64,000 nucleotides of DNA from Histomonas meleagridis 2922-C6/04-290x (Eukaryota > Protista > Parabasalia): positions 124,001 to 188,000 of the forward strand of contig JAANOX010000075.1 of NCBI GenBank assembly GCA_020184695.1, read 5' to 3'. A model generated the notes under the pieces. That model was not told the DNA's origin and searched no databases. It worked only from the letters and a program-made list of their open reading frames with translations. Of this stretch, positions 22,792 to 35,474 are shown one piece after another (position 1 is the stretch's first letter; every line of letters starts with the position of its first letter). The translations under genes were made by a program, and so were the position numbers.

Positions 22792-23347
22792 ACAACGATG
22801 CTTAAACACACTTTTTTTTATTCATTGAAAATAGGAGAAACAAAATATTTCATTCCACTTTGTTAAAAATAGTTACTGAGTATGTATGCGTATACATTAA
22901 AAATAATTTTAATTACTAAATGAATTTTATCAATTGATATTTAGCAAAAATTACAATGAACTTAATAAACAGAAAAATATACCGAGTTTACCCCTGTTTG
23001 TTATCAGGAAGGAACAAAATCCAAATTGACATATCTTCACAAACTATGAAATTTATCAAATGGCACAAATTTTGTTTATGTTGTAGAAGGAACAGTCAAT
23101 ATCACTCATATATCGGCATTTTCAGGTGGCAGTACACTAATAACTGTCTACACTTTTGTGTTAATTTTTGCTTTTGAACCGATAGCGGAACTACACATCA
23201 TTGAATTGAGCGATAACCATTTTGAATATTTTACTTCCTTCGTAAAGTGCTGAAAAAGTTTGTTGACATTTATCCAATTTTCACACAAATTTCTGAAAAG
23301 TGCTGGAGCAAAATTGAATAAATATACCTTTTACAAAAACAAATAAT

Positions 23348-24787
23348 TCAGTACACAGAGTATAAGCTGCCTTTGAGTATTGGCGCTCTTATTGCTGCTC
23401 TATTTGGGTCTGCTTGCTGTGGCGCCTCTCGTTGTTTAACGTGAAGCTCTTTTATCTTAGGGGGCATATTGAACTGTTGTGCTGCTGGCCCAGACGTTCT
23501 CTTCACAGGTGAACCAACCGGCTCTTCATGAAGCTTTGGGATATCAGATATTCCTCCATGGACAGTCAATCCCTTTTGGTTTAATGGCTGAAGCTGGTCC
23601 TGAACGCTTGTTATCGAATCTGGCTTTGATCCTTGTTGTGGGATAAAGGATTGTTGAGCGTCGAAATTATGGATATTGACAGTATGAGGTTCTTGATTTG
23701 GTTGGAACAATGAGTTAACAGAGCTGAATTGGTCAGGAATGTTCGGCATGTGGGATTGATCGGGCATGTTGAGATATGATGGACTAAGAGATTGAGGAAT
23801 TATATTTTGTGGTTGTTCTTGATAAACAACTTTCTTGTTGTGAGGTAAAAGAGGAGCGACTTCGTTGGAGAGAACAGTTTGGTTAACATTTGGGGCGATA
23901 TTAACATATGCTTTGTATTGATTTGATGGATTGATTAAGATTGGGCGTTGTTGCTGGTTTGGTGGGAACACAGTTGGATTTATAATATACATTGTTGGCT
24001 GTCCAACGTTTTGGGGAACAACAGAAATTGGATTTTGGACAGGTGTATTATATTGAACAAAGAAACATTGGTTCGATGGAACTGCAGCTGTATAACAAAC
24101 TGGTTGAGGGTGGATAGGGGATGAAGATTCGTCGTTTTTGTTGGGACCGACTTCGTTATTAATTTTCTTTTTAAGTGGAGTAAGTGGGCAAGAAGTCTTT
24201 TCGCGCTCTTTTTGAAGCTGGTTATACTTATAGCGACATTGGACATCAGATCTATTCCCAAGTTTTGTTGCGATTTGATTCCAACTTTTCCCGCTATTTT
24301 TTTGTACAAGATCTATAAGTGCATCCTCTTCTGCTTTAGTCCATTGGTCCTTGGAAATGCTGGGATTGAGGCCTCTGTACCATCTTTGACTGCATTGTGA
24401 ACGTGTTCTACCATTTCCAACAAATTTTGAAATCGCAGTCCAATTTTCGATTCCGAATTTATATATTCCTGCTAAGAGACGTTGGTCCTCATATGATGTC
24501 CATTGTCTTGTCTTGTGTCTTCTTTTAGTTTGGGATTGTTCTTTGAATTCTTCTGGAAAAGGAATTGGATTTGACCCAGTGTTAAGAATAGCATTTAGGC
24601 GTTCCATGGCTTGCCGGTTTCCAGTTAAGTTATAAATTTCATTTGAAGCATCAGTATACGTTATTTCTTTCTTGAGGAATCTTTCAATGATCAATTTAAC
24701 CTCCTGTATTAGCTCAGCGTTTTCGCAGATTTCCATTGGGAAAAATGTTACGGAAATGTTGAGAATTGCGCGTATTGTGTTCGCCAT
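23348..24787 (-). CDS. R2R3 Myb transcription factor with long Q/P/N-rich C-terminus
   Basis: WTSYEDQRLL..GIENWTAISKFV.NGRTRSQCSQRW and WTKAEEDAL..SWNQIATKLGNRSDVQCRYKY. Confidence 0.93.
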   Translation of the reverse strand: MANTIRAILNISVTFFPMEICENAELIQEVKLIIERFLKKEITYTDASNEIYNLTGNRQAMERLNAILNTGSNPIPFPEEFKEQSQTKRRHKTRQWTSYEDQRLLAGIYKFGIENWTAISKFVGNGRTRSQCSQRWYRGLNPSISKDQWTKAEEDALIDLVQKNSGKSWNQIATKLGNRSDVQCRYKYNQLQKEREKTSCPLTPLKKKINNEVGPNKNDESSSPIHPQPVCYTAAVPSNQCFFVQYNTPVQNPISVVPQNVGQPTMYIINPTVFPPNQQQRPILINPSNQYKAYVNIAPNVNQTVLSNEVAPLLPHNKKVVYQEQPQNIIPQSLSPSYLNMPDQSHMPNIPDQFSSVNSLFQPNQEPHTVNIHNFDAQQSFIPQQGSKPDSITSVQDQLQPLNQKGLTVHGGISDIPKLHEEPVGSPVKRTSGPAAQQFNMPPKIKELHVKQREAPQQADPNRAAIRAPILKGSLYSVY

Positions 24788-26584
24788 CTACAAGTGTAAA
24801 CTATAACCGTTGTATTCTTTTTAATTTTGAATACTTGTTAAACAATTTATACTCAATATATTTCCTATTCAATTTGGCTTTTTCTGATAATCTAAATGAC
24901 CGCCAAGATTGTAAACTATTCAAATAACACAAACTATTTCTTTGGTGTTCCGTGGTTTTACGTGTTTTCAAAAAATGAACTCAAAAATAAAATATTCTGA
25001 TTCAAAAAAAATCGAAAACGCAGATTGATCTTATACAAATATATCTCACTTAAAGCACTCGGTTAGATATAATTCGACCCAAAGCCACTAATGAAGTCCA
25101 AAGAACTATTAATTGCGATTTTCCAGTTCATTTGCGATCAAGCAAAATTACTCTATTTACATGACCTAATACAAAAAAATTGGATACAGGAGTGTTGAAA
25201 CAATAAATCTTTGATACAGAGCAATAAAAAAAATCCAATTTTTTTGAATTTGTGTGAAGTATCAGTTAGATATGATAAAAAGAATCAAAGTCATTCATGT
25301 TAATGCATATGTATTGTGTGTACGATTGAATTCATGATAATGAACCTATTTTATGTGTATCCGGTGCATAGACTGGCCTCATGAGTTGGGGTTACTAATT
25401 CAAGCGAAGCGTTACTGCTATTCAAATCTGTCAGAAAATTTGATAAATTGACCGTTTCGGTTAAATAGATTCATTTGGAATTGAACGATAGGATTATTGC
25501 ACCTATCAATTTTGATGGCATTTATATATGACTTTATATACAACAGGCACATCAAGTCGATTGATTTCGCTTGTTAGTTTTAACCCAAAAATCAAGCCAT
25601 TACTTGAGATGTTTTAGAAATAAATCTTCTCCAAGTACGATGGATGTGATGATGCTGACACAACCTAATGATAGAAATCTCAATAAAGTTCGAATCAAAC
25701 GGTGGAGACAAGATTGAAAGAAATTATCTCAATATTGAATCGAACTTCACTTTTTGTATTATTCACTGCCGTTATGAAGTTTTCAAAAAAATTCTACCTC
25801 ACAACGAAAAAGTCGTGTTTTTTTATCTCAAAGATAAAATTTCAAACATTGTTTTTAAATTTTGACTTTGATGAATATTATTATTATATTTTATGGTAGT
25901 CGAGATATTTCAAAGCTCTTTATCTTTTGTTGATGAATAAATTTATTATTATTTCATTTATTCATGAATAAGAATTATGATGATAATTAATGTATTATTA
26001 TCATCAGTGTTTATTATTACATCTTTTATATAAAAAATATAAAAGAAATTCCAATAATAAGTAAAATATTCTGGAAAATATATAATTGTATTGTATATAA
26101 AATCAACATAAATATATTGAGTTTAGGATTCAATGAAAGTAATTGTATAAGATTTTATGTACCTATAATAATAAATTGATAAAGTTTTTATATATGATAA
26201 AGTAAAAGTATATACGAAAGAAAAATCAATTGAAAATGTTTTAACATAAGTATTTTAATCTTTATTTTTTGATTTCGTAAATAAAGGACATATTTGCATT
26301 CAGCCATACATAAAAGTGATTCTTTATTTGATTATAGGGAAAATGTTTTCAAACGATTTAGTTATTGAATGCTGCTATAACTTATGTCTTTATTTAAATA
26401 GTTTATAGAATAGAATGAATACAATTTGATCGTTCCGATCGTTCTTCATTCAAACGACGAAAATATAAATCTCTCGACATATAATTGATATCATAATAAA
26501 ATTCATATATAGTTAAAAAGTATATGATATTTTTGATTTCTTGAAATTCATAGAAAAATTAGAATATAAGATAATTTCCTTAAA

Positions 26585-28744
26585 ATGGTTTCAGACATTT
26601 TTGAATACCAGAATAAACCGATCAAAATATTGTGAAATTCCACAAACCGTTTCTTATGGAAAATAATCACAAACGGCATCCAATTTACGGGTTTTGGTTT
26701 GATCAGATTAAAGTCGCGTAACTTAAAGCATACTATAACCCAAATATCCATATTGCTTTTGGTCTCTTTTTATGTAATAATTCTATTTTACATTTATTTA
26801 TTTGCGTCACATAACATTTCTCAAAACTTAAAAATAAGAAATGAAAATCCTTTCATTGGCTTTGCTATACCTCAATATGGATCAGATGTTGAAAATCCTG
26901 ATTTTGAATATTCTTATTTGCTAAATAAAAGAGCAAGTGAATGTATTAATCGATCTAAAGCTCAACTAGAATTCACAAGAGTTTTCAATAAAAACAAAAA
27001 ATTTGATATTAAATCAGGATCTCACGTATTAATTATTGGTAAATCTACTGTAATAGGTTCAGCTCTAAGACGTATTTTTCAAAACGAAGCTAAACCATTT
27101 ATTTCTATCAATGGTATCAATGAATTTGATTTTACTTCTCCAACTACTTTTCAATTATTTTCAGGAATTGAAATTAGTTCGGTTTATATTACTTACCAGC
27201 CACCATATATACGTCACACACATTCAGGTGCTTCTGATTATATCAATCATATCATCCAAGAATATGTCAAAGGGATATCAGATTATTTCAGTTCAAAGCG
27301 AATTCCATTTATATTTGCTACAACGCAACCACTACAGAAGGAAATACTCAAAATCATATTAGATTACGGTGGTAATGTTATTGAATTTCCATTTTTAATT
27401 GATTCATTAGCATTCAAAGATTTAGAAAATCCAACAATGCGCGCGATTCGCGAATGCCGAAAAGTCAATTACACGAACATTGAGTATTTTCCCATTTCTG
27501 AATATCATAGTATCACATCACATGAAGCTGCAGAATATATCATTCAGAAACTTAATGAAAACAAACGAAATCATATTATAGTTAAAGGATATTCAACAAC
27601 GACAATTGAAGCTGCAGTTACGACAGCACTTAAATCATTAAATTTAATAAAATGTAAAGTGAACTTTCAAACATTTCCACATAAAATTAATACATTAAAA
27701 CAAACAGATAAAGAAGAATATTTAGGAAAGCAAAATGTTAATGTTTTAGATATGATATATAATACTTATAAAAACTTTACACGAAAAGAAAAAGATAAAA
27801 CTTATTTAACAATTGTTGCAAGTGGACGAAATGATGGATATTCAATAAACTTCGAAACAAGGTTACAAAACTTCTTTAATGCTATTGATTATGGATTAAT
27901 GAATGTACCACTTGCACAAGTTGAAGTTGTTTATGTTGATTTTGGTACATCGAAAGACAAACAATTACTTTCTGATATAATAAAAATTGGTTCAAGTCTT
28001 AAATCACATGTTCGATTTATTGTTGTTCCACCTGAAATTCATACAGAAATGTGTCTTAAGTTAAAACGTAATGGAACATTTTATGAATTCATAGGCAAAA
28101 ACATCGGAATTCGTCGGTCGAAAAGTAAATTTATACTTTCGACAAATTCCGATAATTTATTTTCGACGGAATTTTTCGAGTTAATTGCGTCACATCAATT
28201 TAATCAAATGATTTTATATCGATCATTTCGATTAAATGAACGAGAAAACACTTTAAGTGACTTTAATCTAACACGAAATCAAAGCATCGAAATTTTACCC
28301 GAAGTTTGGAAACTAAATAAAATGAATTATGAAGAATTAACTCTTCGTCCTGATACTTCGTTCTATATATTAAATGAACATGTTAAATATCATCAACGTC
28401 CTTTAGCTGTTGATGATGCATCGGGCGATTTCATTATACTTTCGAAGTATTTGTGGGATATCATTAAAGGTTTTAATGAAGTGCCTTATAATGTACATGT
28501 AGATAAAATGTTTCTTACGAAAACTATGAAATTATTGCCCGGAATTTTGATACTGTTCATGAATAATAACCCGTTCGTACATCAGTATCATATAAGATAT
28601 AATATTTTGACCGAATATATTACAAACTTGGGTGATTTAATGGGAGATTATACATGTAATGGAACATGGCATAACTGCGGATTATTTTGCGAAAATTCAA
28701 ATTGGGGTTTGGGCGATAGAAAGTTTGAAGAAATGCGAAAATAA
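26585..28744 (+). CDS. Type II membrane protein with Rossmann-like and GT-A-like (glycosyltransferase-like) domains; 5' end interrupted by an in-frame TGA
   Basis: N-terminal TM helix; HVLIIGKSTVIG; YLTIVASGRNDGY, KNIGIRRSKSKFILSTNSD and SGDFIILSK motifs. ATG 26585 is in frame, with TGA at 26633-35. Confidence 0.55.
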
Positions 28745-29139
28745 AAATATATTTTTGTAATGTAAAAAGTATGAAAATAATTTAATTTTTAATATAACTC
28801 ATTAATGGAATGTAATTAAAAAATTTATTAAAGAATTTTCCCCATTTTAGAATATTATGTTAATGATTTTTTATTATTATTATTTTTTATCAAAATATTT
28901 TATAGATTAATGTATTGCTTCTTGTAATCTAATGCTCATTTTTTATCAAATAGATCCTTTATATTAATTTTTTAATTTATCAAAAATAATACAAACAAAA
29001 ATAATTTTTGTGAATACATTTTAACGTAATTACATTTATTAAATTTACATAAAAACAATTTATTAATACAAACAATAAATACACCGATCATATTTTGGGG
29101 TGCCTTAATCATTATCGTTCTATAACGTTCTCCATTGAT

Positions 29140-31035
29140 TTAATTTGATCCGAGCTCCTGCATCAACTCCAATAAAGGGTCACTACCTTCATTTCTCATC
29201 TCTCCGTATGCTGTTCTCGTCGAGTTATCATATGCAACTTCATACAAATCTGATGGTGCTCCATCACGACTTTCTGGAACCTGTGTAAACGATTCTAATG
29301 AATCAAGATCAAGACCGCTGTCTTCGTTACGAAGACGTGAACTCGCTGAAGCTATCTTACGCATCACGTCATTGATTCTATTCATAACTGCATCTTGGCG
29401 TAAAGGGTTTGAAACTCGAGGATTAGATTTTCGTGGGCTGGACAAGACATTTGGAGGGATTTTGGGATTCTCATGATCGGATACCGAGCTAAGAATATCT
29501 AATATGTCATCATCCTGATCGAGAAACGATGGTGGAGGAGGTGGAGGAGTAGAAACAATAGATTTCTGTGTGGCATTCTTTTCTATGATTGTTATTTCTT
29601 CTTCAAAATTACTATAAGATGAAGATGGATCCAAAAATTGTATTTCAGACTCTGGCTCTTTTGACTTTGGACTTTCAACGGCCACTGTTTGAGTTGTTTC
29701 AGGCATATTAATTTCTACGCAATCAGAATCCGAGAAATCTGATAAAAAATCTGGTTGATACAAAATATATTTTTCGAGTTGACTTCCAGTCACACCTTTT
29801 ACAAATGAAATCAACCAGTCGTAAGTACAAATCGTAATTCCCCATTCTTTTGCATATTTAATTTTTTCATCATCTTGATTATTCGTAATTAAATGTGTAC
29901 AATACTTCCTCAGCACAAACGTATATCGACATCCAATCCATTTACACGTGTAAATAATGTCCTTAAATTGGTTCCCTGAAAATCCAACGATACAAAAGCG
30001 AAGTGAATGGCAATTGTGACATGTTAAATTCACCGGTGAATAAAAAATGAAAATTTCCGGTTCGAGAAGTTTTCCTTCATTAATACAGCGCTCAATCCAA
30101 ATTGGCGTACGTGAATTTGGTTTGTTTGAAGACATAGAAATAAAAAATCGGGGATTGTCTGAAATTTGTCCACCATTTTGAATTATTTGCATTTGTACTG
30201 ATTTAGGGAGATTTTCATCAACTTTAAATGAAACCCCATGAAAAACATTCGAACAAGCACATGGTGGAATGATTGAATCAAGAAATTTGTGATTATTGAT
30301 TGAATCAATGATTTGTTCGACAGTAGTAATGTTGATATTTAGATCAACCGCAAGATTAACAATTGGAGTAACATTGCCTTCAGGTGGAATAATCAAAAAT
30401 TTTGTCTTAGAAGTAATTCTGGGTTGAACAATTCCATCATTTTCTGTGATCATTTTGGAAATATTTTGCATGGAATTTCTCATTGATGGAGAAAATGCAA
30501 ATACAAGGCCTGAAAATATTTTTATTTTATAATTCTGATGATCAATATAATTATCAGAATTATAATTGTCAAATACCCACATCGGGTTCAGAACTGTAAT
30601 TGAGTGTTCAAGTGCAAAATGTGATTTAACTGAATTGATTGTTTTAGCAACAAAAAAATTTGTTCCGTCTGTAAATTTGGGTTCAATTATTCCACCCATT
30701 GATTCTATCTGTTTAAAAATTTCCTTCTTTTTTCTTTCACCAAAGCCATAAACATAAATTTTTTTTTGAAAAAAATTTAAATTTATAAATCCGGTTTTTG
30801 GAATTTGAATTTGTTCACCATCAATCCCAAGTGTGACCATTTGCTTAATTGCAGTAGGTGTTATTGGAACTAAGGTTTTTCTTCTTTTTGCTTTAAAATT
30901 CTGTCTTGAAATGATTAAAATGTTTGGTTCTTCATCATCTCCAACTCGTCTACAATGCGGAAATGCTGTCTCCAGATTTGAGTTTAGATCCAACAATTCA
31001 TCGGCATTCAAATCGTTGGAAACAGAGATCTTCAT
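29140..31035 (-). CDS. Multi-BRCT protein (TopBP1/Dpb11-like)
   Basis: Repeated BRCT motifs: IESMGGII..TNFFVA..TVLNPMWV, FSGLVFAFS, RTPIWIERC and THLIT..KYAKEWGITICTYDWL. Confidence 0.8.
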   Translation of the reverse strand: MKISVSNDLNADELLDLNSNLETAFPHCRRVGDDEEPNILIISRQNFKAKRRKTLVPITPTAIKQMVTLGIDGEQIQIPKTGFINLNFFQKKIYVYGFGERKKKEIFKQIESMGGIIEPKFTDGTNFFVAKTINSVKSHFALEHSITVLNPMWVFDNYNSDNYIDHQNYKIKIFSGLVFAFSPSMRNSMQNISKMITENDGIVQPRITSKTKFLIIPPEGNVTPIVNLAVDLNINITTVEQIIDSINNHKFLDSIIPPCACSNVFHGVSFKVDENLPKSVQMQIIQNGGQISDNPRFFISMSSNKPNSRTPIWIERCINEGKLLEPEIFIFYSPVNLTCHNCHSLRFCIVGFSGNQFKDIIYTCKWIGCRYTFVLRKYCTHLITNNQDDEKIKYAKEWGITICTYDWLISFVKGVTGSQLEKYILYQPDFLSDFSDSDCVEINMPETTQTVAVESPKSKEPESEIQFLDPSSSYSNFEEEITIIEKNATQKSIVSTPPPPPPSFLDQDDDILDILSSVSDHENPKIPPNVLSSPRKSNPRVSNPLRQDAVMNRINDVMRKIASASSRLRNEDSGLDLDSLESFTQVPESRDGAPSDLYEVAYDNSTRTAYGEMRNEGSDPLLELMQELGSN

Positions 31036-31312
31036 CCGAGGAACTTCACTCTAGATTTTCTTAACGGTTTTTACTATGTCAATTTTTGGGTGCGGGAACT
31101 CAAATATTTTGGCAATTTCAACTTTTTTAATAACAAATTGATCGTATTATATATGTCAAAACATTTATCTTTTGAGGTGCACTCAAGAATGTCACTTTTC
31201 TTAAGAACAAAAATTTTCTTGTGGGCTTAATTCCCTGATTCATGCCATATTTACAGAATTTCAGGTAGCAATGAAAGAGTTTATTAAAAACACTTAAATA
31301 TTTCAATTAAAC

Positions 31313-31896
31313 TAGGGTTGTGGAAAATAGGAACCCATTTTCCAACTGATTTTTTGTTTCCACTCTAAATAATCAATTATTCAAATATTTTCTTTAATAT
31401 TTGCTTATAAAAAGACTTTTTATTGTTAATGTAAAGGAATTATATTAAATAAAACATAAAATCGTACAAAATTTTGAGTTTTTGTAAAAACAAAAGTGTT
31501 ATCATTGAGAACTGAAAGCTTTGAATGGTTTACTTCGCATGAAATCGAAATTTATAAATTTGCTTTTCTTCATTTTCTGTTCTAGTTTTCCCATATTTAT
31601 TTTCAAGAACTGATATAACCATTCTCAATTCACATTCTAGGCAACCAAAAGATTGATAACGAATATTTGTGCTTTTTCTTCAACTTCTATGCACCAATTT
31701 TAATAACCGTAAATTAAGCCTGCTTATATGAAACCGAAAAAATGTCATTTTGTTCCATTAAAATTTGAATGTATTATTAATATCCAAAAATGGACACCTC
31801 GATTGAAAAAGTTGGTAAACCGTTTCGGGATGCCCCACGTATCGGTATATCAAAAAGTTAATAGCTGCTAACAGGGTACCCATTTCCACATCCCTA
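31313..31896. mobile_element. MITE-like element with ~24-nt imperfect terminal inverted repeats and TA ends
   Basis: Left TAGGGTTGTGGAAAATAGGAACCC versus right (reverse complement) TAGGGATGTGGAAA-TGGGTACCC, 20/24 identical; AT-rich interior with no listed ORF. Confidence 0.65.
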
Positions 31897-31917
31897 TATT
31901 AAACGCAATTTTTTATT

Positions 31918-33105
31918 CTATATGATTGTTTTATTTTGTTGCGAATTATTTGATTTCGCATTTAAACTTTTGTATTTTGCCTTTGGTAAAGTTTTCCTTA
32001 GATTTGGCGAATTTGGTTCCGATTTTATTCTTTCTTTGATAGCGTTTTCTACTGCATCCAACATAGCTTTTTCGTCATTGCATTCATCCAAGTTTAAATC
32101 AAGAATTTCATCCATATCGTTAATAAATGACTTCACTTTATCCGAAAGTGTTTTTTCGTTATTTTCTTTTTGTTTTGTTTCATTAGTTTTTAGTTTATTA
32201 TCGTAACCAATTCCAAGTTCATCAAGTAGACAACAAATTGAATCATTTAAAGTTTCAATTTGTTGCTGTATAACAAAAATATTATTACGGAAATGAAAAG
32301 AAGCATTAAACAAATTCATTATATTGTCACAATTACTTTTCATTTGAATATTTATTCGCGACATTTCCGGAGTGCTCCGGATTGAAAACGGAATTACACT
32401 AATGAAACTATCCTGGATGTTACGTGAAAGCCAAATTATGCGTTGGTTTATGTTTTGGATTTGCGTTTGTGGAATTTTCGTTGATTCATTTGATAATATA
32501 TTAAAAATCGTTTGATATGTGGTGGTTATCTGGTGTAACAATGCATTGGTCGTGGAATAGATAGTGTCCCGATAATAAGAACGCTTGATAATATGTGAAC
32601 CAATTGATGTGATTAGATTGGATAATTGTTCAAAATTGTCTTGAATGATATGAAGATGTGGAATAACTGTCTGGCTTGAAAGATTGTCCATCGAAGTAAC
32701 AAATTTAGACCAATGACGAAGCATATCGGTACTAAATTGGATTATTGGTGAATGTTGATGAATTTTTTTGTGAAATGAGGATTGACCAAAATATAGCGAA
32801 ACATGTTGGATAAATGGTTCGAAAGATGCTTTAAAATGAAAAAAATGTGGGGACATGCTATTCCCTATAATTGCAGGCCCATTTTCTGTATTGAATTTGT
32901 GAAACATCTCAACAAATTTGGTATACTCTATTTGTACATTTCTTATTTCAGGATATTCATGACGAATGGTTTTTGGAGAAGATCTTTCAAAAAGACTATT
33001 ATTTTTCTCGCGTGAAAACGAATTACTTTTCTTCCTGAATCTTGTTAATCTTCCTGTATGTGGATCAATTGTTTTTGGTTCATCAGGAGAGAAGAAAATT
33101 GACAT
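31918..33105 (-). CDS. Hypothetical helical/coiled-coil protein
   Basis: 395-aa ORF with ATG start; no motif recognised. Confidence 0.7.
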   Translation of the reverse strand: MSIFFSPDEPKTIDPHTGRLTRFRKKSNSFSREKNNSLFERSSPKTIRHEYPEIRNVQIEYTKFVEMFHKFNTENGPAIIGNSMSPHFFHFKASFEPFIQHVSLYFGQSSFHKKIHQHSPIIQFSTDMLRHWSKFVTSMDNLSSQTVIPHLHIIQDNFEQLSNLITSIGSHIIKRSYYRDTIYSTTNALLHQITTTYQTIFNILSNESTKIPQTQIQNINQRIIWLSRNIQDSFISVIPFSIRSTPEMSRINIQMKSNCDNIMNLFNASFHFRNNIFVIQQQIETLNDSICCLLDELGIGYDNKLKTNETKQKENNEKTLSDKVKSFINDMDEILDLNLDECNDEKAMLDAVENAIKERIKSEPNSPNLRKTLPKAKYKSLNAKSNNSQQNKTII

Positions 33106-34088
33106 TTTTTGGAAAAATACGTTACTATCTTCGTCACTTTTTTTTTAAGAATCAAAGAATATAATTTTTATGTGATAATAAAATGAATAAATTTTAAAAA
33201 GCATTATCCTCAAGAATATGTTCAACTATTATAAGGTATATTATAAATGTTAACTTTTATGATGGTTGACTATGTATTTGACATATATTTTTTGATATCT
33301 TTCATTATTTCTTTTTCAATAAAAAATTATAATCTTTTCAGAAAACTTTCAATTTGAAATATAAAGATATAAATCATAGCTATATTTGGTAAATTTAAAT
33401 TTGTTTAATGGTTCTTCTTCTGTAAATTTTTTTTAATAATGTCTATCATAAAAACATAAATTTTATGCCCAAATTCTTATATATATATATATATAAAATT
33501 TTTTAATAATCAATGTCATTACCAATTTTAACAGTATTTCTAAGCAAATCATTAATGATATGGTAATTTTTTATGTAATGATAAAGAGTAAACGATAAAT
33601 TCCTTTGTGGTTTCAAGAGCAAAAAAACATATTTGTAAATTTTGATGTAAACTCAACATATATCCCTTTAATTACTGTTTTCTCCCAGAAATATGACACT
33701 CTTCATAATTTTAAAATATTAATCATGAAATTAGCTGAAAACATAGCATCACTATTCACACCAATTCTTTTTATAAGTATCTTAATAATTCAATTATTTT
33801 TATGTGATATTTTTCATATGTTATCAAAAGTACTGATTTAAATAATTATCATAATATAAATGAAGATTCACTTTAACATTATTTTGTTTCTTTCTTCAGT
33901 GCTATTAATCTTAAGCTTTCATTCTCTTATTTACATATATATTATAAAATTAAAAAATAGGAAAATTATTTCAATAAAAACTTTTAAGAAATACACAAAG
34001 AGCACAACATATTTCTCATATATTTTGATTTTTTTGAAGTTTACTACATTTGGTCGAACGTTTATATACGTTTATATATTAAATTGCG

Positions 34089-34973
34089 TTAAAGTATTTG
34101 TGACGCGAGTGCAACATCTCCTGTAGATTCCAAGATTTCAACAGCCTTGGGTAACATGATGAATTTTTGCGGGTTTGTTACTATGGATGACAAATATTTA
34201 CATTTTTCTTCATCATAAAATATGGCTTTCTGAAAGCTTACATCCTGAATAAGATGCGGCATGTTTTCATATGCTAATCTGAATGGGTTTTTATATTCAC
34301 TTCCTGTATGTTGTTCTTCAGATTTACAATAAAACATTGTAATTGATGGAACAAAACTATAGGCATAAAACTTACTGATAAGACCATGCTCAACTGCTGA
34401 GTTAACAAGTTTCGCACACGCTGATACTTTTTCATATAATGTTGTTTCTGAATCCATTAATACTTTGATGAGTTGAATGTTTTCATCAGTAATAAAATCA
34501 TTAACCAACAAAGCGGTGCTCCTCCACCCGCTTTTCGTAAGGAAATTGGCATATTGAAGTTTTTCTTTTGTGTAACCAAGACTATTTAAAGCATCAGATT
34601 CAGAGCAAACTCCTTGAACACTATTAAACGCAGTGAAAAATAGTTTCATAATCGAGTTAAATTCTTCTTGATATGCAAAATCTTTTTGAACAATCTTTTT
34701 TGTATTAATTTCAATAATTTTTTCTCCAGGAATTGATTTAGATACGTATGCACGGATAGTAACATTGGTTTCATTTGGCCCCCAAATGGAAGATATTTGT
34801 TGTTCATCTTTAAGATAATAATTGTTATGTGTTAAAATAATTTTTTTAAGATTCGTTGCACTAACAATTTTTGCAACATATTCTTTAATAGTTTTCACAG
34901 TTGAAGAAAGCTGGAACTGTTCTTTTAAGAATAAATTTGTTTTGATAACTTTTATCCAGATTTCTCTTGACAT
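34089..34973 (-). CDS. Protein with ubiquitin-like N-terminus and UBA-like C-terminus
   Basis: TVKTIKEYVAKIV..IILTHNNYYLKDEQQI is UBL-like; AVEILESTGDVALASQIL resembles a UBA end. Confidence 0.5.
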   Translation of the reverse strand: MSREIWIKVIKTNLFLKEQFQLSSTVKTIKEYVAKIVSATNLKKIILTHNNYYLKDEQQISSIWGPNETNVTIRAYVSKSIPGEKIIEINTKKIVQKDFAYQEEFNSIMKLFFTAFNSVQGVCSESDALNSLGYTKEKLQYANFLTKSGWRSTALLVNDFITDENIQLIKVLMDSETTLYEKVSACAKLVNSAVEHGLISKFYAYSFVPSITMFYCKSEEQHTGSEYKNPFRLAYENMPHLIQDVSFQKAIFYDEEKCKYLSSIVTNPQKFIMLPKAVEILESTGDVALASQIL

Positions 34974-35474
34974 AATGACATGAATAAATTTATTTAAATT
35001 TTAATGTCAAATTTAAAATTGAGATAAAATATTAAGTGGCATTATTTCGATCAAGAAAATCATTTCATAAAAAGGCATATATTGATTTCACGGGTTATTC
35101 AAAGATATTTCTTTTTTATCTCCAAAGTCCATAATTATTCGTTATTAGATAATATCATTTTTTCAAATTTTCTTTGATTCCAAATTGTCATATGAAATAA
35201 TGTTTATCTTTATCTCATTGAAAGAAAAGATAGTATTCCTGATACGTTTGCTTATCTGTGCATCAACAATATTAAGAACGATGAAAAAAAATAATTTGAA
35301 AATACTTTTGATCTCAATTGAATGAACAATTTATATGTTAACACCATATGCAATGGTGTACATATTTTTTTAATGCTGAACCTATCTTTTAGATCATTTT
35401 ACTTCAATGATAATAAAACGTTTTATTTTCAGCGGTTATTTTTATAACTGTATGAATTTTTTAACACTTTTTGT

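Noticed and set aside
22950-23290. Minus-strand frame with an FRYRFKSK..YxCTATxKC pattern reminiscent of a MuDR/FAR1 zinc finger
   Set aside because: Many stops and only a vague motif; cannot be supported without a profile search
25081-25670. Coding-looking single frame with many TAA/TAG/TGA, suggesting stop reassignment or hypermutation
   Set aside because: Stop density (about 1 in 10 codons) is what AT-rich random sequence gives; conserved genes use CAA/CAG and TGG normally and end in all three stops
33605-34126. Short plus-strand ORFs of 78 and 88 aa
   Set aside because: Low-complexity I/F/K-rich translations typical of AT-rich intergenic DNA
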